Part shown: piece after piece, positions 40,801-55,800 of the stretch | Layout: each line of letters begins with the position of its first letter | How positions within the stretch are numbered: position 1 is the first letter of the stretch | Assembly (NCBI GenBank): GCA_030141605.1 | Contig: JAQGDQ010000003.1 | Span: 806,001 to 870,000 of the forward strand | Origin: Tubiluchus corallicola | Lineage: Eukaryota > Animalia > Priapulida | Length of the DNA: 64,000 nt | Reading direction: 5' to 3' | Notes under the pieces: generated by a model | The model's input: the letters and a program-made list of their open reading frames with translations, nothing else | Told to the model about the DNA's origin: nothing | The model's database searches: none | Program-made: the position numbers and the translations under genes

Positions 40801-43800
40801 GTCCCTATATATGACCCCAGGTGGGCCAGCATTTGTTAGTGTCAAACCCACTTCACCCCAAGCTTTAAGATGATATATTACTCGATATGCTGCATATGCA
40901 TATGCTTGGCCTCAGAATTGTCAAATAATATGTACTTTATCTGTTCTGGAAGAAATGGTCATTTTTACACCCTAGCAACTGCCAAATTGAGACCTTGTAC
41001 ACCATAGCAGCCGCCATATTAAGACCTTGCACACCATAGCAATCGCTGGACTTTTGAAAGGTCATATAATATACTGTCCAAAATTATTATAAAAACATTT
41101 TGTTTACTGCTTACATCATATAGATTTTAGCAAAATGTCCAAAGTCCCACATAACTTGATCCTCTGGTTTGCGACATTTCAACACTAGGTCATTCATTTT
41201 GACACATGACATGCATCTTGCACCAAGGTTGCAGCATGCCAAAGGTCAATGACCTGAGAAAAAAGGTTTTGGCTAAATATATAAAATTAACTTAAATGTG
41301 GATGATGCCCGACAGATGCCGCAACAAGTCCCCTTACTGACTAAAGTCAAGGGACCTAAAAAGTAACATTAAATTTTAGTGATCTTTTGTGTTTTTCTTT
41401 GTTCACATGATGGATTCAAAAGTGGCGTTTCTACATTTCTCTGTACAGGACTTTTTGCTAATTGTCCTAACTTCGAGAATCACTTCGATTTTTGTGTTAG
41501 CGTATCATTATTACTGTAAATGTATTCAATCTCTTTGTCACTTAATTTACAACCTATACTAAATTTAATTATACAGTTAAATAAATTTACGACTGTGTTA
41601 TGATTTTACCCAAACAGCTTTTGTATCAAATTAAATACTTGAGCATTCGTTTTTTTTTCAAAAATTTGTGTATGAATTCGTAATTATTCATACATTTGCC
41701 ATGTGTGTGTAATGGCTATTCTGTGTGTGAATGGTTATATTGAGTGGCTCAGAAAAAATGTGCCGAAGTAGAAAAACACAAATAGTACATAAATAATGAT
41801 AACTAGCTATGTGTTACAAAATGGATAAAAAGCTGGAATATCATAAAAAGAGCCTTAAACATATGATTATTAAAGAAAGTAATAAAAGTGACAAAAAATA
41901 AGTTTTTTATTTATAGACTGGTGCTGCAAATAAAACGCAAAATTTTAAAATAAGTTTTTGGAGATCATGCCGGCATTCAAACGTAATGCACTTCAAACTT
42001 ATAGATCTTTAAAGCTTCTATACTTACAGTTAATATGATCTATAAACTGAACTTAAGTGTCGGCAAATGTAATTTAGAACGCTGATTTCAAAGATTTTAT
42101 GCAAGTAAAATTAGTATAATTGTTAAAAATAGGAATTAGACATTCTCTGCTATCAGTAATCTCCAGCTATTTTATTAAAAAGTGTTGTCTCGAGCAGCTC
42201 AGCACTTGTCTGCCGATCTAGGGGTTTTGGGTTCAAATCCCGTTTGTGTTAGGATTTTTTTAGTCACGTTTCACTCAAACATTATTGCTAATACTTATAA
42301 CCAGCTGGCTTACTTATAAACTTAACTCTTGTAAACAATATTACATAACTAAATTTATAAATTAATACGTCATTGTTTCACTCAGACATTATTGGTAATC
42401 TTTATAAAAAGCTGGCTTACTTATAAACTTAACTCTTGTGAACAATATTACAAAACTAATCTTATAAATTAAAACGTCATTATTTGCATGTTTTAACTTT
42501 AAGCAATCAATAGCAATATAATACTTGAGAATGTCGGTGATACCAAGCGGAACAGTGGATTTATTTGGAAACAGGAGCTTGCTCATGTAATACTCATTGG
42601 ATTCCGTTTTTCCCAGCAAAGACGAACCAGGTTGGTCAAGAACCTACATGAAATAATCTCGAGTTTTATAAATGTTAAAAACTTCTATAAACTTAAACAA
42701 ACTTCTTTATTCTCAAATTCATTTATTCAAGAAAGAACTAATTACTTAAACATAGAAAACATGAGTATTTGCATAAAAAATTCTTAACTTTTCTCATTCT
42801 AGTCAGCAATAAACAAAATATAAACTGAAATATAACATGCTGAATAGCACATGGATATGAAAAGGATCTAAAACTGGTACCATGTCACAATTTTACTAAA
42901 AAATCCTTTTTTGGACCATATGGATTAATTATATTTAACAGCTCTATTAAATATAAACAAAACAACAAGCAACTATAGTTTGAGCTACAGTAGGTGCTGC
43001 TTAATAGACTCAGTTGCTTAAGTGACTCAAAAATGCCTGGTATGGGCCGCTTCTATTCAAATGTACATAAAAACTGTCGGTAATTGAGTCAAATAACTCC
43101 GCATAATTGACTCAATATTTTTCCTTCACCTACTTAAAATAATACATTTGCATGTGCCCAAAAAGCCTTTCCTACTAATTATGTCATCTTAACTTCGCTT
43201 TTGTGTACTATAATATAGGTAGAAACAATCATCTTAAGTACATTTCTATTTGTATGCAGGCACATTTATCATGAGCTAATACACTAGTGTAGCGGTTTTG
43301 CTTTGAACGCTACCCAAGAATTTCTGGAAGGTAAACAATTAATCACTTGTCTAGAGGGTTTGCTTTTAAAGCTCTCGTTTCAAGCTTAATCAGTTAACAA
43401 TCAAAGATGCAGGTACAGTAATCAGCTGGTACTCCTTGTGACTTACAGGAGTAAACATCATACAGCAAATAAGAGCACAGAGTCAAGAAGTTTCAAAAAT
43501 GGAACATAAACGCAAAGATCTAACAGTTGACAGGGAAACTGAAAATTTTAGAGCAGTACAATAAACATCCAAAGAACAGGCAAATTTTTTTAACTGCACA
43601 AAGGAATTTAGGCATTTCTTCGTTTCTAAAATTTATTAAAAACCTTTGTAGTGCAAACTAAGCTGATGACTCATACCTCTATACCAGTAATACCACAGCC
43701 GTCGGTTAATTGGGTCAAAACACTTCGGTCCCAAAATGAGTCTATTAAGCGGCGCTTACTGTATTAGTTACTCGCCTAGTGTTGAAAACTATCATCAATG

Positions 43801-46800
43801 GATTATGGTCTTCACACAGAAATTTCCGAGCGATACAGCTTTAGCGGCACGTACTGTTACTTAATAAAATATAATACTAAACAAAGGTTCTGCTACTTTC
43901 AGCAGAATGGATAGGGGTAATATTTACCTTGGCAAGAATGCGTAATTCAGGATCTAACAGAGGCTGACAGATAAAACTTTCTAAAGGTGCACAAGCTAGC
44001 ATCAACACTGCACACAGGAACATTACGATGGATGAAATGGTGAACATAGCTATAATAGCACTGTGAAAACATAACAGTAGTTTAATAGAATTGCAGAAGT
44101 AAGAAATACTTACTAGCTACACTACTAGATACCAACTAAAAGTCAAACTGTTAACCAACCACAGAGAAAACTGTGATTCTTAAATACAGTTCAGTACACT
44201 GAAAACTGGAATCTAGCACTCAACAACCTGGACTAGTTAATGTAGACTATTTATTAACTAGTGGGCGGTGCACCATAGCCAATCACTCATTTATTCCCTT
44301 AAAGGAAAACCAGACCCCAGCTTAAGCTATAGCTCAAAACAATCTCCCTTATAAAATATTGAAAGGGAATGTACTATTTTTTGAAGAATGACTTTCGTGA
44401 AAGAATTATTACCACAGAAATGTAATTTCGCATTAGAGGGCTAGTTCCTTGTTGTCACATGCACTTTGCTTTTCACTAGTTTTGCCTACATCTCAGAAAT
44501 ACGTTGCACAAAAAAGATGCTGTACCTCTCACTTCAGAGGTGTTTAGTTATGACGTAATACCCATGTTTGAGAACTCATGAGTGAGCATAGCGGTAGACT
44601 TGAAATTGGAATTTTAAACTCGAAATTTGCCAGTTTTTTTTATATCACACTGAATATTATACAGTCGCACTGTACTTCAATTTTCGTAAATACATGCAGT
44701 ATGCTCATAGAGTGTTTGCTTAGTGCTGTTGAAAAAATGTTGAGGCGTCATCACTAGTTATATGACCCTGCCTGCCATTAACTAAGGTCTTAAGCTAATT
44801 ATCAGAAACATCTTGGCATTATTATAGGTGTTAAAATGTATACTTTTTACCATGCTTCAAAATGGAGTATGATATGAAAAATCATCCTGTTTTCCTTTAA
44901 GAACATTTTATACATTTTTCTTAGCACACTTAGAAGGAAACTTCGAGAATCGAAACAGTAGATTCTTTCACAGCGTGTGTCTACATGCAGCCAGACATAG
45001 TTTTTTAACTCATTTTTGTACCTTTCATATATTTGTCCCATTTTGCTTAAAAATGGTAAAACTAGTTGCAACTTATTGAGGAGGTTTTTAGAGAGGAAAG
45101 TTTCAAACCAGCATAGCTGTAAGTTTGACATTAATCTTGGCGGTATAACTTTTTTCGAAAAATTGGAATGTTTTGAAACCTGTCACTAGATCTACCCACT
45201 AATTACCAATACTACATGAGCATTCGCGTCTTACTTGTCGGGCTAAAATAACAGATGATTCTACAACAGCCGTGAAATGACCTTTACTGGCACTTTATAA
45301 TTTCTCCCTATACAAGATTCACAATACAAATGTTATTTGATACTTAATAAATTTCTATCTTTTACAGAGAAGTTTTGCTCACAGAAAGCAAACATGTTGG
45401 TTCTTTTCTCTAATCATTTTTATTCAAACACCCAATATTCAATAAGAAAATAAACACTTAAAAATATGATTTAACATACTGTGTGACCCAAATGCTTGTA
45501 AAATGTCTAAGAAAGTAGTGAAAATATAAAAGTAAAACCATATGTGCTTGTTAATTTTCTCTTAAAGTAGAGGTCATTCATCTAAACAGATTTCAGTTAA
45601 TTAGCAGTGTTTGTTTTCCAAAATTATAAATGATCACTAAATTATAAAAATGCATTGTCAGAACAATGTGAAATTGCCCTACACTTGCAATTTATTTTAC
45701 ATTTGAGACTTAACACATCAACTTTAAACTAGACTTGTATCGACATAAACCATGGCAGAAAATATACAAAGCTTTGGTAAAGAAGAATAGAAAGTTTATC
45801 ATGCATTAACCATAATTGAATCTGTAGTAAGTAATATACAAAGTACGGTAATATACAAAGGATGTAATGTACTTACCCGAAAATGCCATTTAAAAGAAAG
45901 ATAAAGCAGCACAGCTTTACACATGATATTGCCTATCGCCCAGAACAAATATTAAATGCACGACAGCCACATGTCACTCACAAAGTTTGCGCACTATTCA
46001 CTCATGCAGGAAACCCAGATGTGAAAAAGCATAAAACTCCAAACTGAGTGCTAACAATCTAGAAGTTTTCTTCTCCTAACACTAACCAGTCGTGATATAC
46101 AATTTACTTACCTCATAAGGGTCTTCGAACCAGCGGTCGATTTTCCTGGCATATGGTCGTCACTGCGACTCATCATTCCCAGCCCTGCTCCAACAAACAG
46201 CAGTATTGTAATGCAGATGATGGTTAAAGCCAGGGCAATCCAAAAAAATGACCTACATAAATCGACATTACTCCTATTTGACAATGTTACATACAAATAA
46301 CGTGAAATCAAACAAAAACACACTTTAAAACAACAGCCACTTGGGTTTAATATTGGTACTACGATAACAGTATTAATTCATCTCACTTATTCATTTATAA
46401 AATTCATAATGTCTTATGTATAGGTTAACACATAATTTTGTACAAAGTTTTCATAAAACATGACAATAAATCTGCAATTTTCAAAGAAATCAATCAAAAA
46501 ATTTTCCAGCGCTATGCGACTGCAACGATGCTTCGTGGTGGTAGATCAAAATTTAGGGAATGAGCGAGCTTTTGGACATTTCGGAACTTTTTCCATTACG
46601 GGATACTGACTGTGGTATTTTAATTAAGATTGAGTGCTGATAGTCTTGGTTTTTCCATCGCTGTCGAATAATGGTGGTCCCATCTTAGACCATATATTCA
46701 TTTCCGAGATTTGTAGATTATTAGTTAATAATTAATACACAAAATTAATGATCATGAATCACTTCAGAGAAGAATAGCAAAACATTGTTTCTGAAAGCAG

Positions 46801-49800
46801 GCATCACTTGTAAGATTTGTTTTCAATATTTTTTTACATAGTCAGTATTATTCAAAACCAAAACGAAATAACAACTAAACTAAGAAAAGGGTGTCAAATT
46901 CTGGGACCTCGGAAACTCCCAAATAAGTTTGAGGTTGGGATGTAAATATCGTATCCTGCAAGATGCAACCGATTTAAAATAACTTGGGCTCTGAAAAAGT
47001 GATGTAATTTTCACTGAATAATGATCAATCAAATGCAGAGACAGAACTGTTAGCATAGTTAAGCCAAATTGTACTCGTGGCTCTTCGGAAGAAACAGTAC
47101 AGCATTACTTGCCCGATTGTACCTTACATACAATTAGTAGAATTAATCTTGAACTCAGCTATATCAACAAAGTGTTTTCCCATCTAATAAAAATAACCTG
47201 AGCAGTCATCTGAAAATTTCAATATTTATTTTCAGATCCTCTCAACTGAACCATGACAAAAATGTTACATTGTTTCAAACTATTCAAGACTATATAAAGT
47301 CTGTGTCACTTTTATCAATTGATTGTATATAGAATTGCTAATTTAACATCAATATTTAATTCATTACTGACACGTAATTGTCATGCATCGTAGTTTCTGA
47401 CATACATTTATTTTGAATTACACCCTAAGGTACTTAGTTAAATATAACTGTATATCAAAAGTTATGATTGATAAAAGATAAAATGAGATTATAAAAAAAT
47501 GAAATGTATTCTTGAATGACTTAACATCTATTTTTATGAAATACTAAGCAGACATGAATGGGTCAACGGACGGTTTTTTTCCAAATACAAAAACCTCCCT
47601 ATCCAATGTGGGGGGGGGGGGAGGGGCTCTCAGCAGTGTAATCAATGCAAACTACTATAATTTGAATCAAAAATAAATAAAAACAATTAATTGACATTTT
47701 CATATCTGCTAATAATAATGGAATGTGTTTTTAAAATCGTTCAATTCAGTTTCTGCTCTTCTACAAAAGGTTTTGGTGTTTCTATCTGAAATTGTGTTTT
47801 CACTGTTGAAATGTGTTCATCCATTGTATGTATTGAACACAAATCAGTAATTTATTATTAACTTTGAATATCCTGCTGAGTTAGGCTATTAAAGTAACAA
47901 TAATCCAACTATGCAATTTTTGAAAATGCAAAATATAAGGGGGTTGGAGGGAATCTAAGTAAAGCTTTTGCACATGACGGAATTTTGTCGATTGTCTTAA
48001 AAACCAAAAAGCTGGGCCATTCAACATCTGCAAGATCCAGTTCATAATTTTCAGAGAAATTAACTTTTTGCTTTATCTGTACACAAAGAAATGGTAAGAA
48101 ATTAGATCTCTTAATTAACACTTCATATCTATAGCCTGCTACAACCATCAATAATGTCTTTGGTGGTTGTAGCATGCTACAGATAATGGGGTGTTAATTA
48201 AGAGATGTAATTTCTTACCATTTTTTGTAACCAAAAATTTTTTTGTTTATTTGATAATTAATGAAGACCCCTTATCAATGGAATCTAGGTAAAAAAAGGC
48301 ACAGGAAAAACGAAATAACACCAACCCTAATACTAACCCTAACCCAGCCAAAATAAATTTTTTGCCTATGACCTTTTTCCTGTGATTTTATTACCAGTCC
48401 CGTTAATGCACATTGTACTTTCTGCAAATTTTCACTCACCTTGCTCTTAAGCTTGCACTTAAGGTTTGGAGTACTTACATGGCCCCAAGTTAACAAAACT
48501 TGTCATTACAAAAATATGTACAGCACAGTGAATCTATTACAAGGCCATGTGTTAAAATAAGGCATAATACCATACAGTACCTTAGACGGTTGTATGCCTT
48601 GATGTTCCAAGAGTTAAAGGCTTCAGTAATATTTTTCTTGAGACCTGGTGAATCAACCTATATAGTTAAAAGTTGCATAAAAATCATTCAAACATGTAAA
48701 TGAATTTTGAAAATTAACAATTCAAAAATTTTAAATGATTTCGTCTAGCATTTTGTTAAAAAGTGCTTTTTCTCTCATTTTAAAAAAGAAAGCAAAATAC
48801 AATGCGCTAGGTCTACATTCATTTCATTCTGTGTGACCAGACGAAATTGTGAATTTGCAGTCACATCGTTTACAAGAGTTGTGTACAAGAATTGTGTACA
48901 AGAATTGTGTATTTCAAGTTATTACAGATTTTGCATACATATACTGTGGGAAAATAAAGTAAAAAACAAAGTAAGACAGAAAATAATAAAGTGAAAAAGA
49001 CAATATTTGGCAAAAAAGACAAAATAAATGATTAAAAAACGAAAAATCTCCATACAGGCAAGAAAGTAAAACTGGCTAAAATAGACCTCAGTAATAAATA
49101 AATTTCTTTTATTTACAATTTTTAATGTTATTTTCGATGGTTCTATATAATTACAACTAGTACAATTTTAAAATGGGCAGTGAGTTATCCCAAAATTTTG
49201 CCTTATATCTTTGATACAACTAAGTCTGCACAAAGCAAACTTAGTATATGTTCGCAATAAAATGGGTCCCAAGATAATAGAAGGCCTGTGCAGTGATATT
49301 TGCCTTCTGACCAATGCAAACAAAAGTTCTTTTTGCTCTTTTTTCCTTTCAGAGTTTTTGTGATGACTACAAAGTTTTTGGTATGTGGTACGGTACCTTT
49401 GAAACAAAAACACAAATAAGAAAATAGCCATTTGCAACTAACAACAAGCAGAACCACAAAATGGACTATAATTTACTTTTGTTCTTATTAATTAAATCTA
49501 TACTTACTGCATACTGTGTATATCCCGTACAGTGCCGTAAATAACTACAGCTTGTGACGCCCAGGGTGGCACTTGAGTTTGACCCCAAGAGTTTAGATTT
49601 GTAAGATTTAGCAGTGTTACCACGCAGTTGCAATAAATTGTACAGACAAAATAATAAAGCACAACTGAAAAAACTTGTTTGTGAAGAACTAAACTTGCCT
49701 TACATGCTTCAAATTTATGATGTTCAAAGACCTTCAAATGTTTAGGAGGAAGGAGCATGATTGTACATGTATTTCACAGCTAACTCAAAACGTCTAGTGC

Positions 49801-52800
49801 ACAGAAACTTTGAAAGCAAAGGTAAACTATGATGGAGTATCTAATTATCTTTCTCTGTTAATTGATAGAAGACGCTGTAAACAGCATGTGCTTGAAAAAT
49901 TAAATTGCCAGGTGTTTTACGTTTCTATTTTTTCAACAGAATCAACTTTCAGGACACTTGATGAAAGTCCTACATTCTGAAAAAGGCCGCATGGGATAGA
50001 CTGCTGCCTCTGCCCCACTAGTTCCTCCACTGAAACTTTATTAGTTTTCACCATGCTATGACGTTACATACAATAAATACAGAATCATACATGGATGCGT
50101 CTAAAAGTGGATGAAGTGCAGCGTGTTTTGTAAGTCACTCTTTATTTTTAAAAGTTTGTCAAAATAGTACTTACAGAAGAAACCACATATTGGTTGCTGA
50201 GTTTACAATTTATGGGGATTTTCTTGGCATTAAACTTAGTTTCGCAAGTTTAGTGAAAAGTCCATAGAACACATGAATGTGACCACCACCTTTTCTGAAA
50301 CAAGCCATGCCATGTTTTTACGTATTCTTGGCCAGTCAATTTTGGACAACTTTTCAGAGTAGTAGAAGCATATGGCATTCCTAATCCATTCTTGTAGTGT
50401 GGGTAGGTCTGTGTTCGGGCAGTTTGTTCTTAACATAGTATCATAAACAAATGTTGCATGGTGTATGATCTGATGAATGAGCAACCCAAGCAATTTTACG
50501 CCTCTGTTCTAGATCAGGATGACAGCAGAAGAAAACTGCACAAAACTTTAAATTTTGCAATTAAACTTTAAAATTCTCATCTATTTAATAAGAGTTTACT
50601 GCAAGATGAATGTTATGAGTTGATTAATAGAAAAGAAATTTAAACATCATATTAGTGAGTGACTTATGAAATATCGTTGTATTTAGAAAAACGTGTTAAA
50701 ACGAGTGTTTACAAGCTACAAAAAATCTCCAATACAATATAAAGCATCAGGGATGTAACTGTTCTATTGTTATGCCATTTTTAGTCTAATCATTAATTAG
50801 TAATGGGTGGCTTACATGTTCACATTCTGCACATTTCCCCATGATAAGCAGGTTTTGGTGCTCACTATGTTTTGGTCCAAGACATTTGGAGTAACCAAAT
50901 GTAGCCTCTGTTACTGTTTACAAATTTGGCATCACAGGAGTGATGCAGTGTCCAAGGAAGCCATTGTTATCAAAGCCCTTGTTATTTTGCAATTTTCTGA
51001 TGTTTCACTAGCAAAACCAAACAAAATGTTTTGGGATAAAATGAAAACTCGAGGCCCAATCTCATTAGGGAGAAAGTAATGAAATTTAATAAAATTAGTG
51101 TCAAATTCAAAGTTATGGTTAACTCTATTAATTAAAGAAAACTTGTTTTTACATTAAATTTGACTTTTAAGATAATATCTTCAAAAAATTAAAACTGCAA
51201 GGAGAAAAAGAGAAAAGGAGAGAGGGACAGAGGAAGAGCGATAGAGCAAGAAAGAGAGGAGGGGGAAATGAAATGCACAAGCTGTTATAGGTCTATACAT
51301 AGAATTTTTTTGAAGTCTTCGTAGGACATTAGAATGTTAAACAATTCTAAAGATACACACATCAATATTTTATCACAGACATAGCGAAATACAAGGTTCA
51401 TACAACAGCAAATTTCAAGTTATCTCAAAATGGAATGAATTTTTTCCAAACATACCATTTTTGTGTAGTTATTTACTTTTTCAATTATTTTGTCATCTAT
51501 TATGTCCTGAAACTCATCAAGTGATTTATTTGCATCTGAAAAGTTTGAATAATAATTAAACATAACTAAAACACAATACTACACATTGTGTTAATCAAAC
51601 AAAATTTATTTAGAAACAAAGCATTGGTTTATAAGAACTACTGCAACAACACCTCAACAAAGATCCCTTTAGTTTGTTAATAACAAAAGTGATGTTTAGG
51701 TACGTCTTCTCTTAACAAATTGCTAGAATAACTAGCTAGCTAAAATGCAATCTAGTAAAATGCTTACCACGTCGCTGTGAAATAGTGTCGTTTTTAATTC
51801 TGTCTGGCAGTTCATCAATTTCTTTTTGAGCCTAAACACATTAAGAGTTCTAAATAATTCGCACAGCATTTACAGATGGTAACCATTCTAGATTTGATGG
51901 CGTCATTAGTCTCAGGTTTAACTTTGCAAATACCAACTCCAAAGCCTATATTTTTTATATTTGTCATTTGTTCTTGCCAGTTTTGTCATAAGTTGTCATA
52001 AATAACCATGCATGCTATAGCTGTCAGTTAAGTGAATAACAATAAATAAATATGTGTTTTCTTGACTGAGTTTTTATTTTCAAGCCACACAGCTAATAAA
52101 CAGAACTTAAGTTTTTATACTAGCACAATGGAAATTTAGTTTCTATGCAGTTTTGGCTCCAAAAATTTCAAGGTTCTCCAAGAAAAAACTAGTTAGTAAC
52201 TCCCATGGATTTACACTGCCTATTTATATTTAAAAACATTTGGGAATTTGTAACAGTCTATTTATAAGATGTTTTTCCTGGAGCAGGGAAATTGAATAAT
52301 TTTATTCAAAGGAAAATAATTTCAGATTTGAGTAACATGGTGCTTTATAATAAAGCAAAACTAATCACAATCTAGATTACCAAAAAGCAATAATCAGTGC
52401 AATCAGTAATTCATTCTACCGAAAATCTAGTGATAGACTAATAGTAAACCTACCTTAGCAATCAGTCCAGTTAAATTAACAGCCAACGTGCGATTTAGGT
52501 CATCCAGTGCCGTTTGAATGCTAAATGTACACTGTTAATAAAATTACACTGGGCTTAGTATAAGTGTAGTGTAGATATTATTCATAAAAAAGCTCCATAC
52601 AATGATTTTAGATTATAATAATAATTAGCAAAATGCAAAACAAATAACAGTAGCTGTAAATGGATTATAAATGTAGAAGACTTTGGACTATTTTGGTCAC
52701 AAAAAGACAATTTTTTGTTCGAGTGACTTGCTTATGTACATATATTTAAAATTTACTTCACTGTAGGTAGCTCCTCAATAGTAGTGAAATTAATATTACA

Positions 52801-55800
52801 ATGAACAGGCAGAAAGGTACACTACTATTAAATTAATATATTTACACCAACCTTAGAATAGTTGGCAGTAACAGTGAGAGCGGTGAGATCAACACCAGGA
52901 CAGTTTCCGCCAGTGCAGAGAGTTGTCAAATTGGAATTCAATGCATTCATTTCTGATTCTAAACGTATCAGTTTATCGTGCAATTTTAAAACAGAAATTT
53001 TCACGGCTGTCAGGTCATCAACAAGGTCTGAAACATCTTTATTAACAAACAAGAAAATAGCTTTACTATTTTATAAAAATATTCAAATGAATAACACAGC
53101 ATTTTAAGATACTTGTAATAGAGAAGTTGATTGCTGTACTGTGGCTTTAGTCACAATTTTCATGACTAGATAAGACCTTGCAAAACAAAACTCTTTAATT
53201 ATTATAATTAGAAGTCTGCAGACACAAATAAATAAATTCTTGTTATTATTTCTACTTTCAACTGCACAGAAATTTGTTACAAACAAAATAAAGCAATCCC
53301 CGGTGTAGGACTAATAAAGCCAAACTTATTCATCACTAAGCTCAGGACAAAAGAGAGATCACATGCATTTTTCAGAGGCTAGGCTAGATCATTCTGGAAA
53401 ACATGCTCAAAAATTCATACAACAGCCATCATGGAGGCAATCATGTACAGTTCACATTATAAAGATTATTTAAAGTTATTGTAGAAAACTTGTTGAGAAC
53501 TTGTTAAATTGACTTAAATAAAATTTGTAACTTGAGAGACAATTTCAAACTGGAGATAAGGAGAATAGGAAATCTGTGTTGAACTATAAAAAGACTTTAT
53601 TCATGCTGTTCACACATTATTACACTATTTACAAGAAAAGGCAGATATACATGCAGGTCATGTCAACTCAGCAGCAATAAGTGTCTAAGTTGGCCTTGGC
53701 AGAATTGTGTAAGTCATATACACCCCCTGAGCCTACCCCACTGGCAAGTGAGTCACACTAGCAGAGTGTGTAACCAGGTACGGGAAGCTCAGTAGGTACA
53801 GGTGACATCCAGTACAGCCAAGGCAACAACCTGAATGAAAATTGGGTCAAGTGATAATAATAAAGAAATTGAAATGTAGGTGGCAGCGCCCTGTTCAATT
53901 ATCTCGTAGTAGTAGTAGTTCATATGGTTTGATTATAAGCAATCGCAACTGAAAAGTGCACAACAGTTATTGCTATCATTCTTGCGAGAACACTGCCAAA
54001 CTGCAACTGCACATTTGCAAGGAAACCCACATCTAAAAAAGCTAAAACAAACTAAATGACAATACAGTGTAATCCCATTGAAACTAGATATTAATCACAG
54101 GGTATTTTTTATTTTCTAGTAGAAAAAACAAATTAATTAAATTTAAGCCAGGTTAGTAAGAATCAGACGACATATGAACACTCTTGGCAATTGGTTACAG
54201 GAAAAGCTAGCATTTTCTCACATAAATGATAACAATTGCAATTCTGGTCATTTCTAAACAGTGTTTTTGTTTGGTATTTTACAATAAATATGTCATCAAA
54301 TCGTATGAAATTACCTAGGAATTCCCAGCAGATAATGCTAGTTTCATATAAACACACAACAAAGCAAAGATAAGCTAGCATTCAATTTATCTGTGACTAC
54401 ATCAACTAGCTTGTTCTAATTTTTCCAAAACAGAGTTGTTCTAACCAATGAGCTAACTAAAATACTAGAGACATCCACAAATAAGTACGAGAATATGTTG
54501 GGAAAAAATGCAAGCACCCATTATTAAACTGTCAAGAGTGAAGTAGTACAGACTTCAAATAGGAGGATCAAGAAACGGGTAGCACAGTTTACTAAGCAGC
54601 AACAGGTAAATGTCAATGACTGCCTACCCTTAAATATTTGAAATTTTCTGATAAAGTAGTTATTTAAAAGATGCAATTCATCCAGCATTGGATTACTGAT
54701 TTGAATCAAAAGGAAAATTAAAATATTTTGAGTTACTGCTTATTAATAACCAGAAATAAAAACACAGCTTGATAAATTGAAGCATTTAGCAAAGAAATTT
54801 GTTTGACTTGATTGTAGAGTGAGTTAAAACTCTGTACATTTCAAACATTTTATATCCCTACTGACCAAAGAAATCACTATGCATTACCAGTGAGACAAAG
54901 GTTAAGTGACTAAACTATATTTGCACGCAATGTATAGAAACAATAAGACAATAACTAATATCAGTTAAAAGGAAATCCAAATCCAAGCTAAGCAGATTTG
55001 ACTGCAGCCCCTCCCATCAGAGGGCTGCAGTGTTAGCCACATGACCTTTGATCTTGTGACCCCAAACTCTATGGCATTCTTTCTTTGTTGGTGAGTGACT
55101 TGTATGTGAAAAATGAAAGCTTGAGGTCAGAAGTTGGGCCGAAAATTGTTCCACAAGTTTTTTTTCAGTGCTATGACTGTGACGTGGGGCCCAAAATTGA
55201 TTGGTCTTATCCTGTTGACGGGTAATACAAGAGTGAATAATGAAGGTTTTGGATCAAACGGTTTATTTTGAAAGTTGTAAACAAAGCTAATAATGGAATT
55301 ACGGATAGATGGACAGTTACCCAAGGATTTCTGGGATTGCTACTTTTGAATTTACACTCAATTTAGCTACTCAGTATATAATTCAAATGATGTTGACTAC
55401 TCTAGTCAACTGGAGACTGCACTTAATCATAAGCCAATTTAAGTTCAGTTACTCAACAACTCAACACAGATCAACTCAACAATGATGCAACTCAAATGAG
55501 CTGTTAAAATAACTCAGCTAACTTTTTTGCTTAGCAACTTATGTCCATTAAAAAAATAAAAAATGTACTCATTTCTACTCAGAACTAAACTTCTTTATTA
55601 GTGAGTTAAGCGACTGACTTGAATAATCAGTAGAAGTGAAATAAGTTGTTAATTGCTGGGTGTTGAATTGAGAGTAATGAGTTTAGTATCTGAACTGAAT
55701 AAGTGAATTGGTTGAGTTTAACTAGAAGCTGATTCAAATATTTGCTGAACAGCTGAATTGAGGTAAAACTGCATGGTGATCTGAGTGCAAAAACTGACCA

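Noticed and set aside
42190-42250. tRNA-like sequence with B box
   Set aside because: No acceptor stem or full cloverleaf; SINE-derived.
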